In this document: piece after piece, positions 29,342 to 39,974 of the stretch
Layout: the number at the start of each line of letters is the position of its first letter
Position numbering within the stretch: position 1 is the stretch's first letter
Assembly (NCBI GenBank): GCA_963697895.1
Contig: OY969100.1
Location: forward strand, 896,001-960,000
DNA length: 64,000 bases
Reading direction: 5' to 3'
From: an uncultured Methanomicrobiales archaeon
GTDB lineage: Archaea > Halobacteriota > Methanomicrobia > Methanomicrobiales > Methanospirillaceae
Notes under the pieces: generated by a model
The model's input: the letters and a program-made list of their open reading frames with translations, nothing else
Told to the model about the DNA's origin: nothing
Databases searched by the model: none
Made by a program: the position numbers and the translations under genes

Positions 29342-29923
29342 ATGACAGAACAAATGACATCTGCCGAGATGGGAATCTGCAAAGTCAAATGGGGCGGATT
29401 CGCCTTTCTCGGAATTCTCGGTATCATATTTGGTATTCTCATGATTCTCTACCCGCAGATCACCACGCTGCTTGTCGTGGTGCTGTTCGGGGTTATTGTA
29501 TTGATCCTTTCACTTCTCGCCCTGATCGCGGTTCTTCAGGCACCCGTCGGGGCAAAAGGCACTATGTGGTTGCTCCTCGGAGCAGTGTTGGGTTTCATCA
29601 TCGGTATTGCGTGTTTCGTGGTCCCGCAGGTCATCGCAGGGGTTCTCACGATCATCATCGCCATCGCCCTCTTCATCATCGGTATTCTCTACATGATCTG
29701 GTCTATCACGGAGAAGATGATGGCACACCGCTGGCTCCTCTTCCTCATCGGTCTTCTTTCGTTCATATTCGCGATCCTGTTCCTGATCTATCCGTTAATC
29801 GGGGCGGTCATAATCTTCGGAGTACTGGTCGGCATTTACTTTGTGATCTATGGTATACTCAGCCTCATTGCAGGCCTCATGATCCGGAAGTACCAGAAAG
29901 GGTGCACGACAAAGGGCATGTAA
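29342..29923 (+). CDS. HdeD/DUF308 membrane protein
   Basis: Six TMs with repeated G.L.IIFG.L...YP hairpins. Confidence 0.85.
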   Translation: MTEQMTSAEMGICKVKWGGFAFLGILGIIFGILMILYPQITTLLVVVLFGVIVLILSLLALIAVLQAPVGAKGTMWLLLGAVLGFIIGIACFVVPQVIAGVLTIIIAIALFIIGILYMIWSITEKMMAHRWLLFLIGLLSFIFAILFLIYPLIGAVIIFGVLVGIYFVIYGILSLIAGLMIRKYQKGCTTKGM

Positions 29924-30195
29924 TACCCGATTATACTTTTTTTAACTCATTTTCCGGACCACCTGAGACCAACCAAAGGGCCGCGACCTACAAGAAGGAG
30001 GTCCCTGCCTGGCTCATGGGGGATCGATCGGAGACCTGGCCAGATGTATCCTACTTCCCATTTATCATTTTTTTTCATGATCACCTAATATTCAACTTTA
30101 AATCGGGTTCATGGGTTTTTTCCGGTTAAAGCGAATCCCTTCTTTCCTCCAATCGGGATATCATATTTTAAATACCCGGTGGATGATCCTCCTCC

Positions 30196-30672
30196 ATGCA
30201 ACCATCAGTCTGGATACTGGGATGTCTCCTCATCGCGGGTGCAATTGTAATCTCGGGGTGTAGCGCATTCGTAAAGACCCCCGACGTCTCGGTGCAGCAG
30301 GTCACCCTTGCCTCGGTGAACCTGACCGATCTTTCGCTCGACGTGACGCTTGCAGTGGATAACCCGAATTCTTTCGGTATTACCCTCAAATCACTTTCAT
30401 TCGATGTATATTACCTGAAGGACAATGCCTGGGTCTACCTCACCCACGGGGAACAGGCCGGTATCCAGATCCCGCCGGGGACGAGCATGATCACGATCCC
30501 GGTTTCAATTAAAAACGCAGACCTGATCGGTTCCCTGATCAGTTTCGTCAGCCAGGGGGAGATCACGATCCAGATCCGGGGAATCGCATCGCCGGACATC
30601 TTTGGCATTGAACCATCCATCCCGTTCACCCATACTACTACCGTCCCTCTTCGTCTGGGAACGCAGGGCTAA
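30196..30672 (+). CDS. LEA type 2 (WHy) family lipoprotein
   Basis: ISGC lipobox, P.VSV..V and LAVDNPNSFGITL..LSFDVY. Confidence 0.87.
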   Translation: MQPSVWILGCLLIAGAIVISGCSAFVKTPDVSVQQVTLASVNLTDLSLDVTLAVDNPNSFGITLKSLSFDVYYLKDNAWVYLTHGEQAGIQIPPGTSMITIPVSIKNADLIGSLISFVSQGEITIQIRGIASPDIFGIEPSIPFTHTTTVPLRLGTQG

Positions 30673-30808
30673 GCCGAAAGGGGAAATTCATCTGAAGGGT
30701 ATGCAATAGTAACATATTTAATCCATAATGTAAAATATGTTTTACAATCGGGTGCATCCGGTCCGTTGAACCGTGCCGGTGCATCCGGAATCCAACGAGG
30801 AATTATCC

Positions 30809-31213
30809 ATGAAAACAAAAATCGCACTGTTCGCTTGCGCCATGGTATGCATGGTAGGGATGCTGGTGCTCCCGGTATCGGCAGCGATCGGCCAGCCGTC
30901 CGGAAATCCGATCAACGAGAGTCTTAAAAACGATCTCTGGAACGTGCACGCACACCACCGGCTCGCCGCGTTTGAAAATAACGTGAATTCGACCGGAGGC
31001 GCGATCGCCGTTCTCAACCAGTACAATTATGATACCACCATCCTCGGGGCTATACACAAGAACATCAGCGGGAAGCATGATGCACTGCAGACAGCCCTGC
31101 AGAATGAAGACCGGGATCAACTGCGCACAATCAATACCGAGCTGAAAGGCCAGTGGAAGGACTTTGGCAAGGAGATGCGCCAGCTGATACGGAATAGCAC
31201 GCAAACCGCGTAA
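30809..31213 (+). CDS. Secreted helical hypothetical protein
   Basis: Signal peptide ending PVSA and a helical body. Confidence 0.75.
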   Translation: MKTKIALFACAMVCMVGMLVLPVSAAIGQPSGNPINESLKNDLWNVHAHHRLAAFENNVNSTGGAIAVLNQYNYDTTILGAIHKNISGKHDALQTALQNEDRDQLRTINTELKGQWKDFGKEMRQLIRNSTQTA

Positions 31214-31535
31214 TCCCGACAGACCGGAAAGGGGTGAATACCCTTCCTCCGCTTTTAAACCCTTATGTTCACCCCCATCGGGAGGATCTTTTCAGAGAAA
31301 GCCATGAGGTCCGGCGGGTTACCCGTTTCCTTGAAGACACCGGATCCGGCAGTTTGTCCGTTTCAGTGAAGAAACGGGATCGTCAGGTGCTTTTTCATTC
31401 AGATTTCCAGCTCCCGGTACTGATCCTCACGGGTTAAAGACGTTCTCCCCCGAGCCGATAACGGGGAACCGGGGAAGCCTTTTTCGTATTGGATGACGCC
31501 CGTATTTTCACGGAACTCCCGGGGGGCTGAACGGA

Positions 31536-33530
31536 TTGAACGGGCAACAGCACGATCCCGCCGGAATGGGCGGGCGACCGATGGCGGGCGGTCACCGGCA
31601 TATGCTAGAGGACTTCCGGAGACGGTTCATCGTCTCCCTGGTCCTGACCATCCCCATCCTTATTCTCTCCCCCTCTTTCCTGTCTTTCTTCGGCATAACG
31701 TTCAGCTTCCCGGGTTCGAATTTCATCCTCCTCGTCCTTTCCACTGCTATCTATGCGTACGGCGGGTACCCGTTCCTGAAGGGGTTCGTGCAGGAGATAC
31801 GGGAACGCCTGCCAGGAATGATGACCCTGATCGCAGTAGCGATCAGCGTTGCCTACTTCTTCAGTGCAGCGGTCGTTCTCGGCGCGGTCCACGGGGACCC
31901 GTTCTTCTGGGAACTGGCAACCCTGATCGACGTGATGCTCCTCGGGCACTGGCTGGAGATGCGGTCCGTGCTCGGTGCTTCCCGGGCGCTCGAGGAGCTG
32001 GTGAAGATCATGCCTTCCGGCGCTCACCGGGTAAAGAACGGCCGGACCGAAGATGTCGGTATCGGGGATCTCGTCGTCGGTGATCGGGTCCTGGTTAAAC
32101 CGGGGGAGAAGATCCCGGTAGATGGGAAGGTGACGGAAGGAAGAACGAACATCAACGAGGCGATGCTCACCGGGGAGTCAAAGCCGGTTTCCAAACAAAC
32201 GGGGGACAAAATAACCGCCGGCTCGATAAACGGGGAAGGGTCCATCGTGGCCGAGGTGGAGAAGACCGGGAAGGACACCTACTTAAGCCAGGTGATTGCG
32301 CTCGTGAAAAATGCCCAGGAGAGCAAGTCTCATGCGCAGGACCTGGCAGACCGGGCGGCATTCTGGCTGACGGTAATCGCCCTGTCTGTCGGGACGCTCA
32401 CGTTCATCGGGTGGTATATCATCGACCAGAACCTGGAATTCGCGGTCGCCCGTGCCGCCACCGTGATGGTGATCACCTGTCCCCATGCCCTCGGGCTTGC
32501 GGTTCCCCTCGTAATCGCCGTATCCACGGCCATTGCAGCGAATACCGGGCTCCTCATTCGCGAGCGCGAGGCATTTGAACGGGCGAGAGATCTCCAGGCG
32601 GTGGTATTTGACAAGACCGGGACCCTGACCCGGGGTACGTTTGGCGTCACCGATCTGATCGGGTTTGACGGGTCCGGTGAAGAAGAGATGCTTCAACTCG
32701 CGGCATCCCTGGAAGCGAAATCTGAGCACCCGATCGCGGGAGGCATCGTCGACGAGGCCCGGAAGAGAGGGATCGATCTCCTTTCCCCTGAGGATTTCCG
32801 GGCGATCCCGGGGAAAGGAGTTGAGGGCCGGATATCGGGAAGGCGCCTCCGGGTAGTGGGCCCCGGCTCACTGCAGGAAGAGGGGATACCGGTCACCGAC
32901 GACCGGGTCGGGAGGGCGATGCAGCAGGGAAAGACCGTGGTGTTCCTGCTTGAAGACGGGTCACTCCGGGGAGCGATAGGGCTCGCTGATATCATCCGGG
33001 ATGAGTCCCGGGAGGCGGTCGCCCGCTTAAAGGAGATGGGCATCCGGGTTATGATGCTCACCGGCGACAACAGGGACGTTGCCGCATGGGTGGCGGGCGA
33101 GATCGGCCTCGACGAGTACTTTGCCGAGGTGCTTCCGCACGAGAAGTCCGGAAAGATCCAGGAGATCCAGCAGCAGTTTCGCGTGGCGATGGTCGGGGAC
33201 GGGATCAACGATGCACCCGCACTCGTCCAGGCCGACATCGGTATCGCCATCGGTGCCGGGACGGATGTCGCGGTGGAGAGCGCGGATATCGTGCTCGTGC
33301 GAAACGATCCCCGCGATGTCGCCGATATCATCCTTCTTTCCCGGAAGACGTACAGAAAGATGGTGCAGAACCTGGTTTGGGCGACGGGGTACAATTCGTT
33401 TGCTATCCCGCTCGCGGCCGGGATTGGTGTCGGTTACGGGATCGTTCTCTCCCCTGCGGCCGGAGCAGCGCTCATGAGCGCAAGTACCATTATCGTCGCC
33501 ATAAATGCGCAGACCCTGAAATTGCGCTGA
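31536..33530 (+). CDS. copB: Heavy-metal P1B-3 ATPase (CopB-type copper exporter)
   Basis: TGES, CPHALGLA (CPH), DKTGTLT, SEHP, GDGIND, YN and MSAST. Short His-containing N-terminus; start uncertain. Confidence 0.92.
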   Translation: MNGQQHDPAGMGGRPMAGGHRHMLEDFRRRFIVSLVLTIPILILSPSFLSFFGITFSFPGSNFILLVLSTAIYAYGGYPFLKGFVQEIRERLPGMMTLIAVAISVAYFFSAAVVLGAVHGDPFFWELATLIDVMLLGHWLEMRSVLGASRALEELVKIMPSGAHRVKNGRTEDVGIGDLVVGDRVLVKPGEKIPVDGKVTEGRTNINEAMLTGESKPVSKQTGDKITAGSINGEGSIVAEVEKTGKDTYLSQVIALVKNAQESKSHAQDLADRAAFWLTVIALSVGTLTFIGWYIIDQNLEFAVARAATVMVITCPHALGLAVPLVIAVSTAIAANTGLLIREREAFERARDLQAVVFDKTGTLTRGTFGVTDLIGFDGSGEEEMLQLAASLEAKSEHPIAGGIVDEARKRGIDLLSPEDFRAIPGKGVEGRISGRRLRVVGPGSLQEEGIPVTDDRVGRAMQQGKTVVFLLEDGSLRGAIGLADIIRDESREAVARLKEMGIRVMMLTGDNRDVAAWVAGEIGLDEYFAEVLPHEKSGKIQEIQQQFRVAMVGDGINDAPALVQADIGIAIGAGTDVAVESADIVLVRNDPRDVADIILLSRKTYRKMVQNLVWATGYNSFAIPLAAGIGVGYGIVLSPAAGAALMSASTIIVAINAQTLKLR

Positions 33531-33635
33531 TAGACCTGTCGGGAAAGACGTGATCAAAAGAGTAGGGGATACTTTTTTCTTCGGAATCCTTATATATCAT
33601 GAATCCAAGGTTGTCAGCTGTAGGTAGAGATATCC

Positions 33636-34964
33636 ATGAGATCAATTACCCTTTCCATACTTGTACTGGCTTGTCTGCTGCTTTCCTGCATACCCGCAGG
33701 TGCACAGACGGTGACCCTCCCGGTAATCCCCGGCGGAGAAGCGGGTTATTTCTCGATCAGTTCCGTCCCCCAGGGGGGCGAGGTTTATTTCGATGGGAAT
33801 TACTGGGGTGAGGCCCCGCTCACCGTGACTGTCTCCACGACAGGGAGTCCCCAGCACACCATCAAAGTCACCTATCCGGGGTATGAGACATATCAAAGCA
33901 CCTATAACGGAAATCCTGGTGTCGGGCAGACGATTTATATCACCGCCACCCTGGTCCCCAGCGGAAACAGCGGCCAGATCCAGGTCACGTCGACCCCTTC
34001 CGGTGCAACTGCGGTACTGGACCGTTCGCAGTCCATGACGACCCCTGCATACTTCACCAACGTCCCTGTCGGCTCCCACGAGATCTCCGTATACCTTTCC
34101 GGGTACCAGACGTATTACACCACGGTATCGGTCAATAAAGGCCAGACCACGTATGTAACCGTACAGTTCACTCCGCCGGTCACCATCGGGGCACTCTCGA
34201 TACAATCGACGCCCTCGGGTGCAGCAGTCACGGTGGATGGCGGGTACCAGGGGATAACCCCAACCGTCGTGGGGAACCTGCTTCCTGGATCGCATACCGT
34301 GATCCTCTCCAAGGCCGGATACCAGGACTGGATCAGTACCCAGAGTGTTGTATCCGGCCAGACGACCTACGTGACCGCGACGCTGGCGACCGATCCGAAT
34401 CCGATATACGGTACAGTAAGCATCACCTCCACCCCAACCGGTGCTTCCGTCTATGCGGACGGCGTGTACGTGGGCATGACCAGCCCGAGCGGTCCCCTGG
34501 TCTTCACAAAAGTGACCCCCGGTGTCCATACGCTCCTTGTCTCTAAGACTGGATACCAGGACTACACCGGGACGGGAACGGTCGTCGCCGGCCAGAACTA
34601 TGTTCTGAACGTCCCCCTCAGCCCCAACCCCCAGACACCGACGACCGGGAGTATCTCCGTGGCGTCTTCCCCCTCGGGTGCAGAGATGTACCTGGACAAT
34701 GTCTTCAAGGGGCTCACCCCGATCACCCTTGATTCCATCACCCCGGGAACCCATAGCGTCCTGATAAAACTGAGCGGGTACCAGGACTTCAGTTCGCAGG
34801 TGCAGGTGACCGCAGGGCAGACTTCCCAGATAACAGCGACCCTGATCCCGGCTGCCACACCGACCCCGACTCCCACCGCGAGCGGTGCCGCATTCCCCCT
34901 GGTAGTCCTCGGTGCCCTTGCGGCATTGGTGCTCCTGGCAGGCAGGAAAGGAAAGAACCATTAA
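33636..34964 (+). CDS. PEGA-domain surface protein
   Basis: Signal peptide, about five S.P.GA.V..DG..G.TP...G.H...GY repeats, PT linker, TM and basic tail. Confidence 0.93.
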   Translation: MRSITLSILVLACLLLSCIPAGAQTVTLPVIPGGEAGYFSISSVPQGGEVYFDGNYWGEAPLTVTVSTTGSPQHTIKVTYPGYETYQSTYNGNPGVGQTIYITATLVPSGNSGQIQVTSTPSGATAVLDRSQSMTTPAYFTNVPVGSHEISVYLSGYQTYYTTVSVNKGQTTYVTVQFTPPVTIGALSIQSTPSGAAVTVDGGYQGITPTVVGNLLPGSHTVILSKAGYQDWISTQSVVSGQTTYVTATLATDPNPIYGTVSITSTPTGASVYADGVYVGMTSPSGPLVFTKVTPGVHTLLVSKTGYQDYTGTGTVVAGQNYVLNVPLSPNPQTPTTGSISVASSPSGAEMYLDNVFKGLTPITLDSITPGTHSVLIKLSGYQDFSSQVQVTAGQTSQITATLIPAATPTPTPTASGAAFPLVVLGALAALVLLAGRKGKNH

Positions 34965-34965
34965 C

Positions 34966-34972
34966 TTTTTTT
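34966..34972 (+). terminator. Oligo-T terminator candidate
   Basis: T7 run immediately after the PEGA gene stop. Confidence 0.45.
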
Positions 34973-35141
34973 GAAACAGGTCAGGATCCGATCTCTGACT
35001 ATATTTATCTGTTTTCGTTTCCCGATTCAGCGGGAGAGTTTACACAATCATGGAGAGGATCGGGCGGATCCGTAGAGAGGAACCTTTATCCGAATAGCGG
35101 ACAGGGAAGAATCATTCAGCGCATATCAGGAGGTGCAGAAG

Positions 35142-35372
35142 ATGGTGTACAAAAATATCAGCGAATTACCCGGGAGCGTCCGGAGTCATCTTCCGGTCCA
35201 TGCCCAGGAGATCTACAAGGATGCCTTCAACAATGCCTGGAAACAGTATGCCGACCCGAAACACCGCCGGGGGAGCGAGAGCCAGGAGGAAGCGGCACAC
35301 AAGGTCGCCTGGGCTGCGGTGAAGCAGAAGTACGAGAAGGACGAGAAAACGGGGATGTGGAGAGAGAAATAA
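35142..35372 (+). CDS. chaB: ChaB family protein
   Basis: ELP.SVR.HLP.HAQEIY..AFNNAW..Y...EEAAHKVAWAAVK.KYEK. Confidence 0.93.
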   Translation: MVYKNISELPGSVRSHLPVHAQEIYKDAFNNAWKQYADPKHRRGSESQEEAAHKVAWAAVKQKYEKDEKTGMWREK

Positions 35373-35518
35373 ATTACGGATTTGAACGAATCAATTTTTT
35401 TTACGTGTCGGTGCGGGGATGAACAGGGTCCTGATTGTGAACATCCAATCTTGGTATTCAGGGATATGATCATCACTCTTCATCGGTTATCATTCTTTCA
35501 AGGATCTTCAGATCTGTT

Positions 35519-36892
35519 TCACCCTGCTTTGTTAACGGCCTGCTTTTTTAAATCCGGGATACCGATCGCACGCACGGTCTCCTCGTACGCATCCCTGACC
35601 CGCTTGCGGTCATACTCGGAGGGCAACCCGATATGGCTGTCCTGTTCGATGAGGCGGGCGTGCATAAGGAGAACCTGTCGCTGATCGTCGGCCCTGACCC
35701 GGGAAGCGATTACGGATATCGTCCTGAGCATATGCAGGAGCAGATCGGCATTTTCCCGGCCATACTGGCGGATCTGATTGAAGGCGGTGCCGGCAAGGTA
35801 ATCGAAGGTGACCGGATCCGCGATGATACGGAGCTGATGAGCCTCGTCGTACTGATACGGGGAGGGCATCGTTCTCTCGGCCACCGCCGCGAGCGCGACC
35901 CCCATCCGGTCCAGGCACATGACCGGGGAGGTGGGATCATTCACCGCAGGGGAAAGCGCCCGTGAGGCAATATTCAGCAGGAGGGAGAGGCCGAAATCGG
36001 TATCCTGGATCATCGTCCGGTATGTGCCGAGGAAGAACGCCTTGTTCAACGCTTTCTCCACGTGGGTACCGGGGTGATCGGGCCAGGCAAGCAGGAGAGT
36101 ATCTCCCCGTGCAACGAACTTGCCCGCAGAACGCTGTAAGAGGAATACCTGGTTGTATTCCCGGGCGGTATCCATCAGTTCTTCAAAATTTATAGCCCTG
36201 ATATATCCTGTCCGCGTCGCCCTGACGGGTATCCCTTCCCCCATGACGATCTTTCTTTGCACCTCAGCCGGTTCATCAACCGTAACCTCCACGGATCCGG
36301 GTTTGGCGGGGGGAAACTCACTCACAATCGACTTCTCCAGCTCGGTACCGAGATAGGCAATGATATTGCTCGCTTGCAGGGAGTTTGCGACATGGTGGAA
36401 GAAGTAGAGAAGCATTGCCAGGCAGAGCAGGAAAAAAGCGAATGCAATGGTGACGGATATCTGCGGCCCGTACACCCGGGCCGGGATGTACGAGATGAGC
36501 CGGAGAATGACAATGTTATAGACGATCGCTGCGCTGAACGTGCCGAGAACGATCTGGGTGCCGATATCCCGCATGAATGCCCGGAGAACGATGGAGCCAT
36601 ACGAGGAGATGGCGATGGTGAGGGGCACCAGGGTGATCGAAAATACCACCCCGATCACCCCTATTTCCGTTGTGGAAAGGAGCGTCAGCGTGGAGTGCAC
36701 GTTGGCGAGGTCAATTCTGAGCAGAAAAAATAATTCCTGCACGATGGTGCCCGAAACGCGTGTATCTGTCTCGAACGCAAGAACTGCAATACCGATCGCA
36801 ATAAGTATCATGATCGCGGGAATGAACCAGAAAGTCCCGCGGATTTTATCGAAGAAGTTGATAAACCGGGTTTTTATGCGGAATTTTACCAT
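35519..36892 (-). CDS. DUF2254 membrane protein
   Basis: FWFIP, VFSITLV, QIVLGTF, GYI, G.FV, RT..QD..FG and RALSPAVNDPT. Confidence 0.9.
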   Translation of the reverse strand: MVKFRIKTRFINFFDKIRGTFWFIPAIMILIAIGIAVLAFETDTRVSGTIVQELFFLLRIDLANVHSTLTLLSTTEIGVIGVVFSITLVPLTIAISSYGSIVLRAFMRDIGTQIVLGTFSAAIVYNIVILRLISYIPARVYGPQISVTIAFAFFLLCLAMLLYFFHHVANSLQASNIIAYLGTELEKSIVSEFPPAKPGSVEVTVDEPAEVQRKIVMGEGIPVRATRTGYIRAINFEELMDTAREYNQVFLLQRSAGKFVARGDTLLLAWPDHPGTHVEKALNKAFFLGTYRTMIQDTDFGLSLLLNIASRALSPAVNDPTSPVMCLDRMGVALAAVAERTMPSPYQYDEAHQLRIIADPVTFDYLAGTAFNQIRQYGRENADLLLHMLRTISVIASRVRADDQRQVLLMHARLIEQDSHIGLPSEYDRKRVRDAYEETVRAIGIPDLKKQAVNKAG

Positions 36893-37160
36893 GGAACCAC
36901 CCTGTGTGCATTCCTACACGTGGACTGATCCAGATGAGATGGTGAGGCTATCCCTATAATCATTGTTACGTTCTGGTATCTCCGTAACAAAAACAGGCCC
37001 TTGCTCTTCTCTCCTATTAACGTTGTGATGAGTTACCCCCTAATTCGTTCCCCAACCACCCTTTTTATCCCTGTTCCCGGTTACCGAAAGGTACCGGAAG
37101 ATTGGCAGGAAAAAGATCAGAGGATGAACTCTTTATAAAAACAAACCTCACGGTAACCTG

Positions 37161-37748
37161 ATGGCATCCGGTGACCCGGAAGATATCGCTTGTTTCAGCC
37201 AATGGGCGAAATGGTACGAGAAATCAGAGCTCCAGTGGCTCTTTTTCGACCGGGTGCAGCGGACGGTCCTGGACGCAGTGGATCGGGAAACCCGTCCGGA
37301 AAGCATCCTCGATGTCGGGTGCGGGACGGGCCGGTTACTGCGCAAGACCCGGGAACAATGGCCTGCAGCACGGTTGTCCGGTGTCGACCCGGCGGAAGGC
37401 ATGATCGGGCAGGCACGGATGCTGATGCCTGAAGCGACGTTCTTCCTCGGTGCGGCTGAATCGCTTCCGTTCCCCGGTGCATCGTTCGACCTCGTGTTCA
37501 GCACCCTCTCCTTTCACCACTGGGCGGATCAGCAGCAGGGTCTCCGCGAGATAAGACGTGTTTTGCGCCCCGGTGGCCGCTTTATCCTTGGGGACATGAT
37601 CATGCCCTGGGGCTTATCAAGCATTATCCGGCATTTCCACCCGAATGATCCGGTAAAAATGAGAGAGATGTTTACTTCGGCCGGGTTGGATGTACAGATG
37701 CAGAAGCGGGTGATGGGACGGTTCGTGCTCGTAACGGTGGGGGTATGA
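37161..37748 (+). CDS. Class I SAM-dependent methyltransferase
   Basis: ILDVGCGTG, GVDP, AESLPF...FDLV and EIRRVLRPGG. Confidence 0.92.
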   Translation: MASGDPEDIACFSQWAKWYEKSELQWLFFDRVQRTVLDAVDRETRPESILDVGCGTGRLLRKTREQWPAARLSGVDPAEGMIGQARMLMPEATFFLGAAESLPFPGASFDLVFSTLSFHHWADQQQGLREIRRVLRPGGRFILGDMIMPWGLSSIIRHFHPNDPVKMREMFTSAGLDVQMQKRVMGRFVLVTVGV

Positions 37749-37845
37749 GGGTAATGTTAATGTTACAGACCGATCGAGACCCATTACCTTTAACGGAGAT
37801 GTGGGTAAAGCACCCGGGATGCTCATAACCGGGAAAATGAAAAAA

Positions 37846-37917
37846 TGCGCCGACCGGGACTCGAACCCGGGTTTAGGCGTTGGCAACGCCTAGTGATAAC
37901 CACTACACTATCGGCGC
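37846..37917 (-). tRNA. tRNA-Gly(GCC), no intron, CCA not encoded
   Basis: Reverse complement GCGCCGATAGTGTAGTGGTTATCACTAGGCGTTGCCAACGCCTAAACCCGGGTTCGAGTCCCGGTCGGCGCA folds as a cloverleaf with anticodon GCC. TATA-like TTATAA upstream and a T-tract downstream. Confidence 0.97.
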
Positions 37918-38079
37918 AGTGCTCTAAAACGTAAGCAGTGATGGATTATAAGTATATCGGATTTCGCCGGTTATCCGCGAATTCCCGCTTCACCGGCCGG
38001 GAAAGGGAATATTTTCCGGTGACCGGCCGACTCAAAATTCCAACACCTTAATTTGAATCACCGGCTACATATGGTAGTA

Positions 38080-38706
38080 ATGATCCCCCTGATGATCGAT
38101 TTTTCCGGCCGTTCCGTGGTGATCTTCGGAGGCGGGGAAGTCGGTGCACGAAAGGCGGTCTTCTTCTCCCGTGATGCGGATGTAACGGTGATCAGCCGCT
38201 CGTTCGTGCCGGTCTTTTCGCAGCTTCCGGTCGGGCAGGTCGCAAAGGATATCGGCGGGATGAGCGAGGGGGAACTGGAGGATGCGATCTCCGGTGCATT
38301 CCTGGTCGTGGCGGCAACCCCGGATGCCGGGATCAACAACCGTATCGGGGACCTGTGCAAGCGGCACGGGATCCTGTTCAATAACGCCCGGGGGGAGGAG
38401 GGGACAGTCCTGGTTCCCTCGGTGGAGCGGGGGGAGCACTTCCTCCTGGCGATCAGCACGGAAGGGGTCAGCCCGGCGGTTTCCCGCTATATCCGGGAAC
38501 TGATCGAACTCGCTTGCCCTGACCTGGACCTGATGATCTCGCTGCAGGCACGCCTGCGGGTGGCATTAAAAGACCAGGTCCCAGACCAGGAAATGCGGTC
38601 CCGGATCCTCGGGGACGTGCTGCACGACCGCGAGGTATGGAATCTGCTTGACCGGGACCCGGAGGCGGCATGGCGCATGGTTGCTGCGAGGTATCGGTGT
38701 GAATGA
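38080..38706 (+). CDS. sirC: Precorrin-2 dehydrogenase / sirohydrochlorin ferrochelatase (SirC/Met8-like)
   Basis: MIPLMIDFSGRSVVIFGGGEVGARK, LVVAAT and AISTEGVSP. Confidence 0.9.
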   Translation: MIPLMIDFSGRSVVIFGGGEVGARKAVFFSRDADVTVISRSFVPVFSQLPVGQVAKDIGGMSEGELEDAISGAFLVVAATPDAGINNRIGDLCKRHGILFNNARGEEGTVLVPSVERGEHFLLAISTEGVSPAVSRYIRELIELACPDLDLMISLQARLRVALKDQVPDQEMRSRILGDVLHDREVWNLLDRDPEAAWRMVAARYRCE

Positions 38707-39974
38707 GGAATTGAACACCCCGATCGCGATTGCAGGGGTGAGCCATCACACGGCCGACGTTCAGGCGCTCGAGGAGTTCCGGTTCCATAACGAGGAGGCG
38801 TTCCTGAAGCATGCCCGGGATCACTTCCGGGGGGCGGTGCTCCTCCAGACCTGCAACCGGGTCGAGGCGATCGTCCACGGGGAGGAGTTGGCACTCGCGG
38901 GGTTTCTCGAGGAATACGGGCGGAAGAACTTCTCCCTCCTCACCGGCACGGATGCCCTCCGTCACCTCCTCGAGCTCGCCTCCGGGGTCGATTCGATGAT
39001 CGTCGGCGAGGACCAGATCATCGGCCAGCTCGAAGAAATCCCTCGCCGTTTCGCAGGAACTGAACTGCTGCAGCCCGATCCTCGAGCTCTCCCTGAACAA
39101 GGCGGTCCACGTGGGAGCAGAGGTGCGGAAGCGGACCCAGATCAACCGGGGAGCCGTCTCGATCGGGTCTGCGGCGGTCCTCCTCGCCGAGGAGCAGCTC
39201 GGGAGCCTGAAAGGAAAGCACATCCTCGTGATCGGGAGCGGGGAGATGGGGATGCTCGTCGCCCAGGCACTGGCGGCAAAGGACCTGACGGCGATATACG
39301 TGGCCAACCGTACGCACGAGCGGGCGGAGTTCCTTGCCCAGAAGATCGGGGGCAAGGCCGTGCGTCTCGACGACCTGTACCGGTACATGATCCTCTCGGA
39401 CCTCGTCATCTCCTGCACCTCGGCACCGCACCCGATCATCCGGTGCGACGACCTTCGTGAAGCGATGAAAGGCCGGTGCTGGCCGATCGACGGGCACCCG
39501 CGGCCGATCGTGATCATCGACATCGCCCAGCCGCGGGACGTCGAGGAGGGGGCGGACCGTATCGAAGGGGTGCACCTCTTCACGATCGACAGCCTCCGCC
39601 GGATCAACGACCACACGATGGAGAGCCGGAGATCGGAGGCGGAACGGGCGCAGGAATTTATCGGGGACGAGCTGGACCAGTTCGTCCGGCTCCTGAACCG
39701 GAAGGCGGCGGACGACCTGCTCGCGGTCCTCCACAGCTGGGCGGAGGCGATCCGCCTCCGGGAACGCGACCGGGCGCTTGGCCGGATCGGGGCGAAGGAT
39801 GAACGGACGACCGAAGTCCTCGATGACCTGACCCGGGTGCTCGTGAGCAAGATCCTCACCGATGCGACCCTCTCGATCCGGTCCTGCGCGGAGGCCGGCG
39901 ACCTCGATGCGGCCGAGGCGATCGTCCGGTCGATTACCACGGGAGAGAAACCATGTATCCGCAACGAAGATTGA
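38699..39974 (+). CDS. hemA: Glutamyl-tRNA reductase, interrupted by a +1 frameshift at about 39031
   Basis: LQTCNRVE and SMIVGEDQI lie in one frame. KKSL...KAVHVG..VRKRT.I..GAVSIGS, GSGEMG, ANRT and DIAQPRDVE lie in the next frame. Confidence 0.9.

Noticed and set aside
26300-37917. Integrated element at tRNA-Gly
   Set aside because: No integrase or transposase, and no duplicated tRNA 3' end found by eye in the window.
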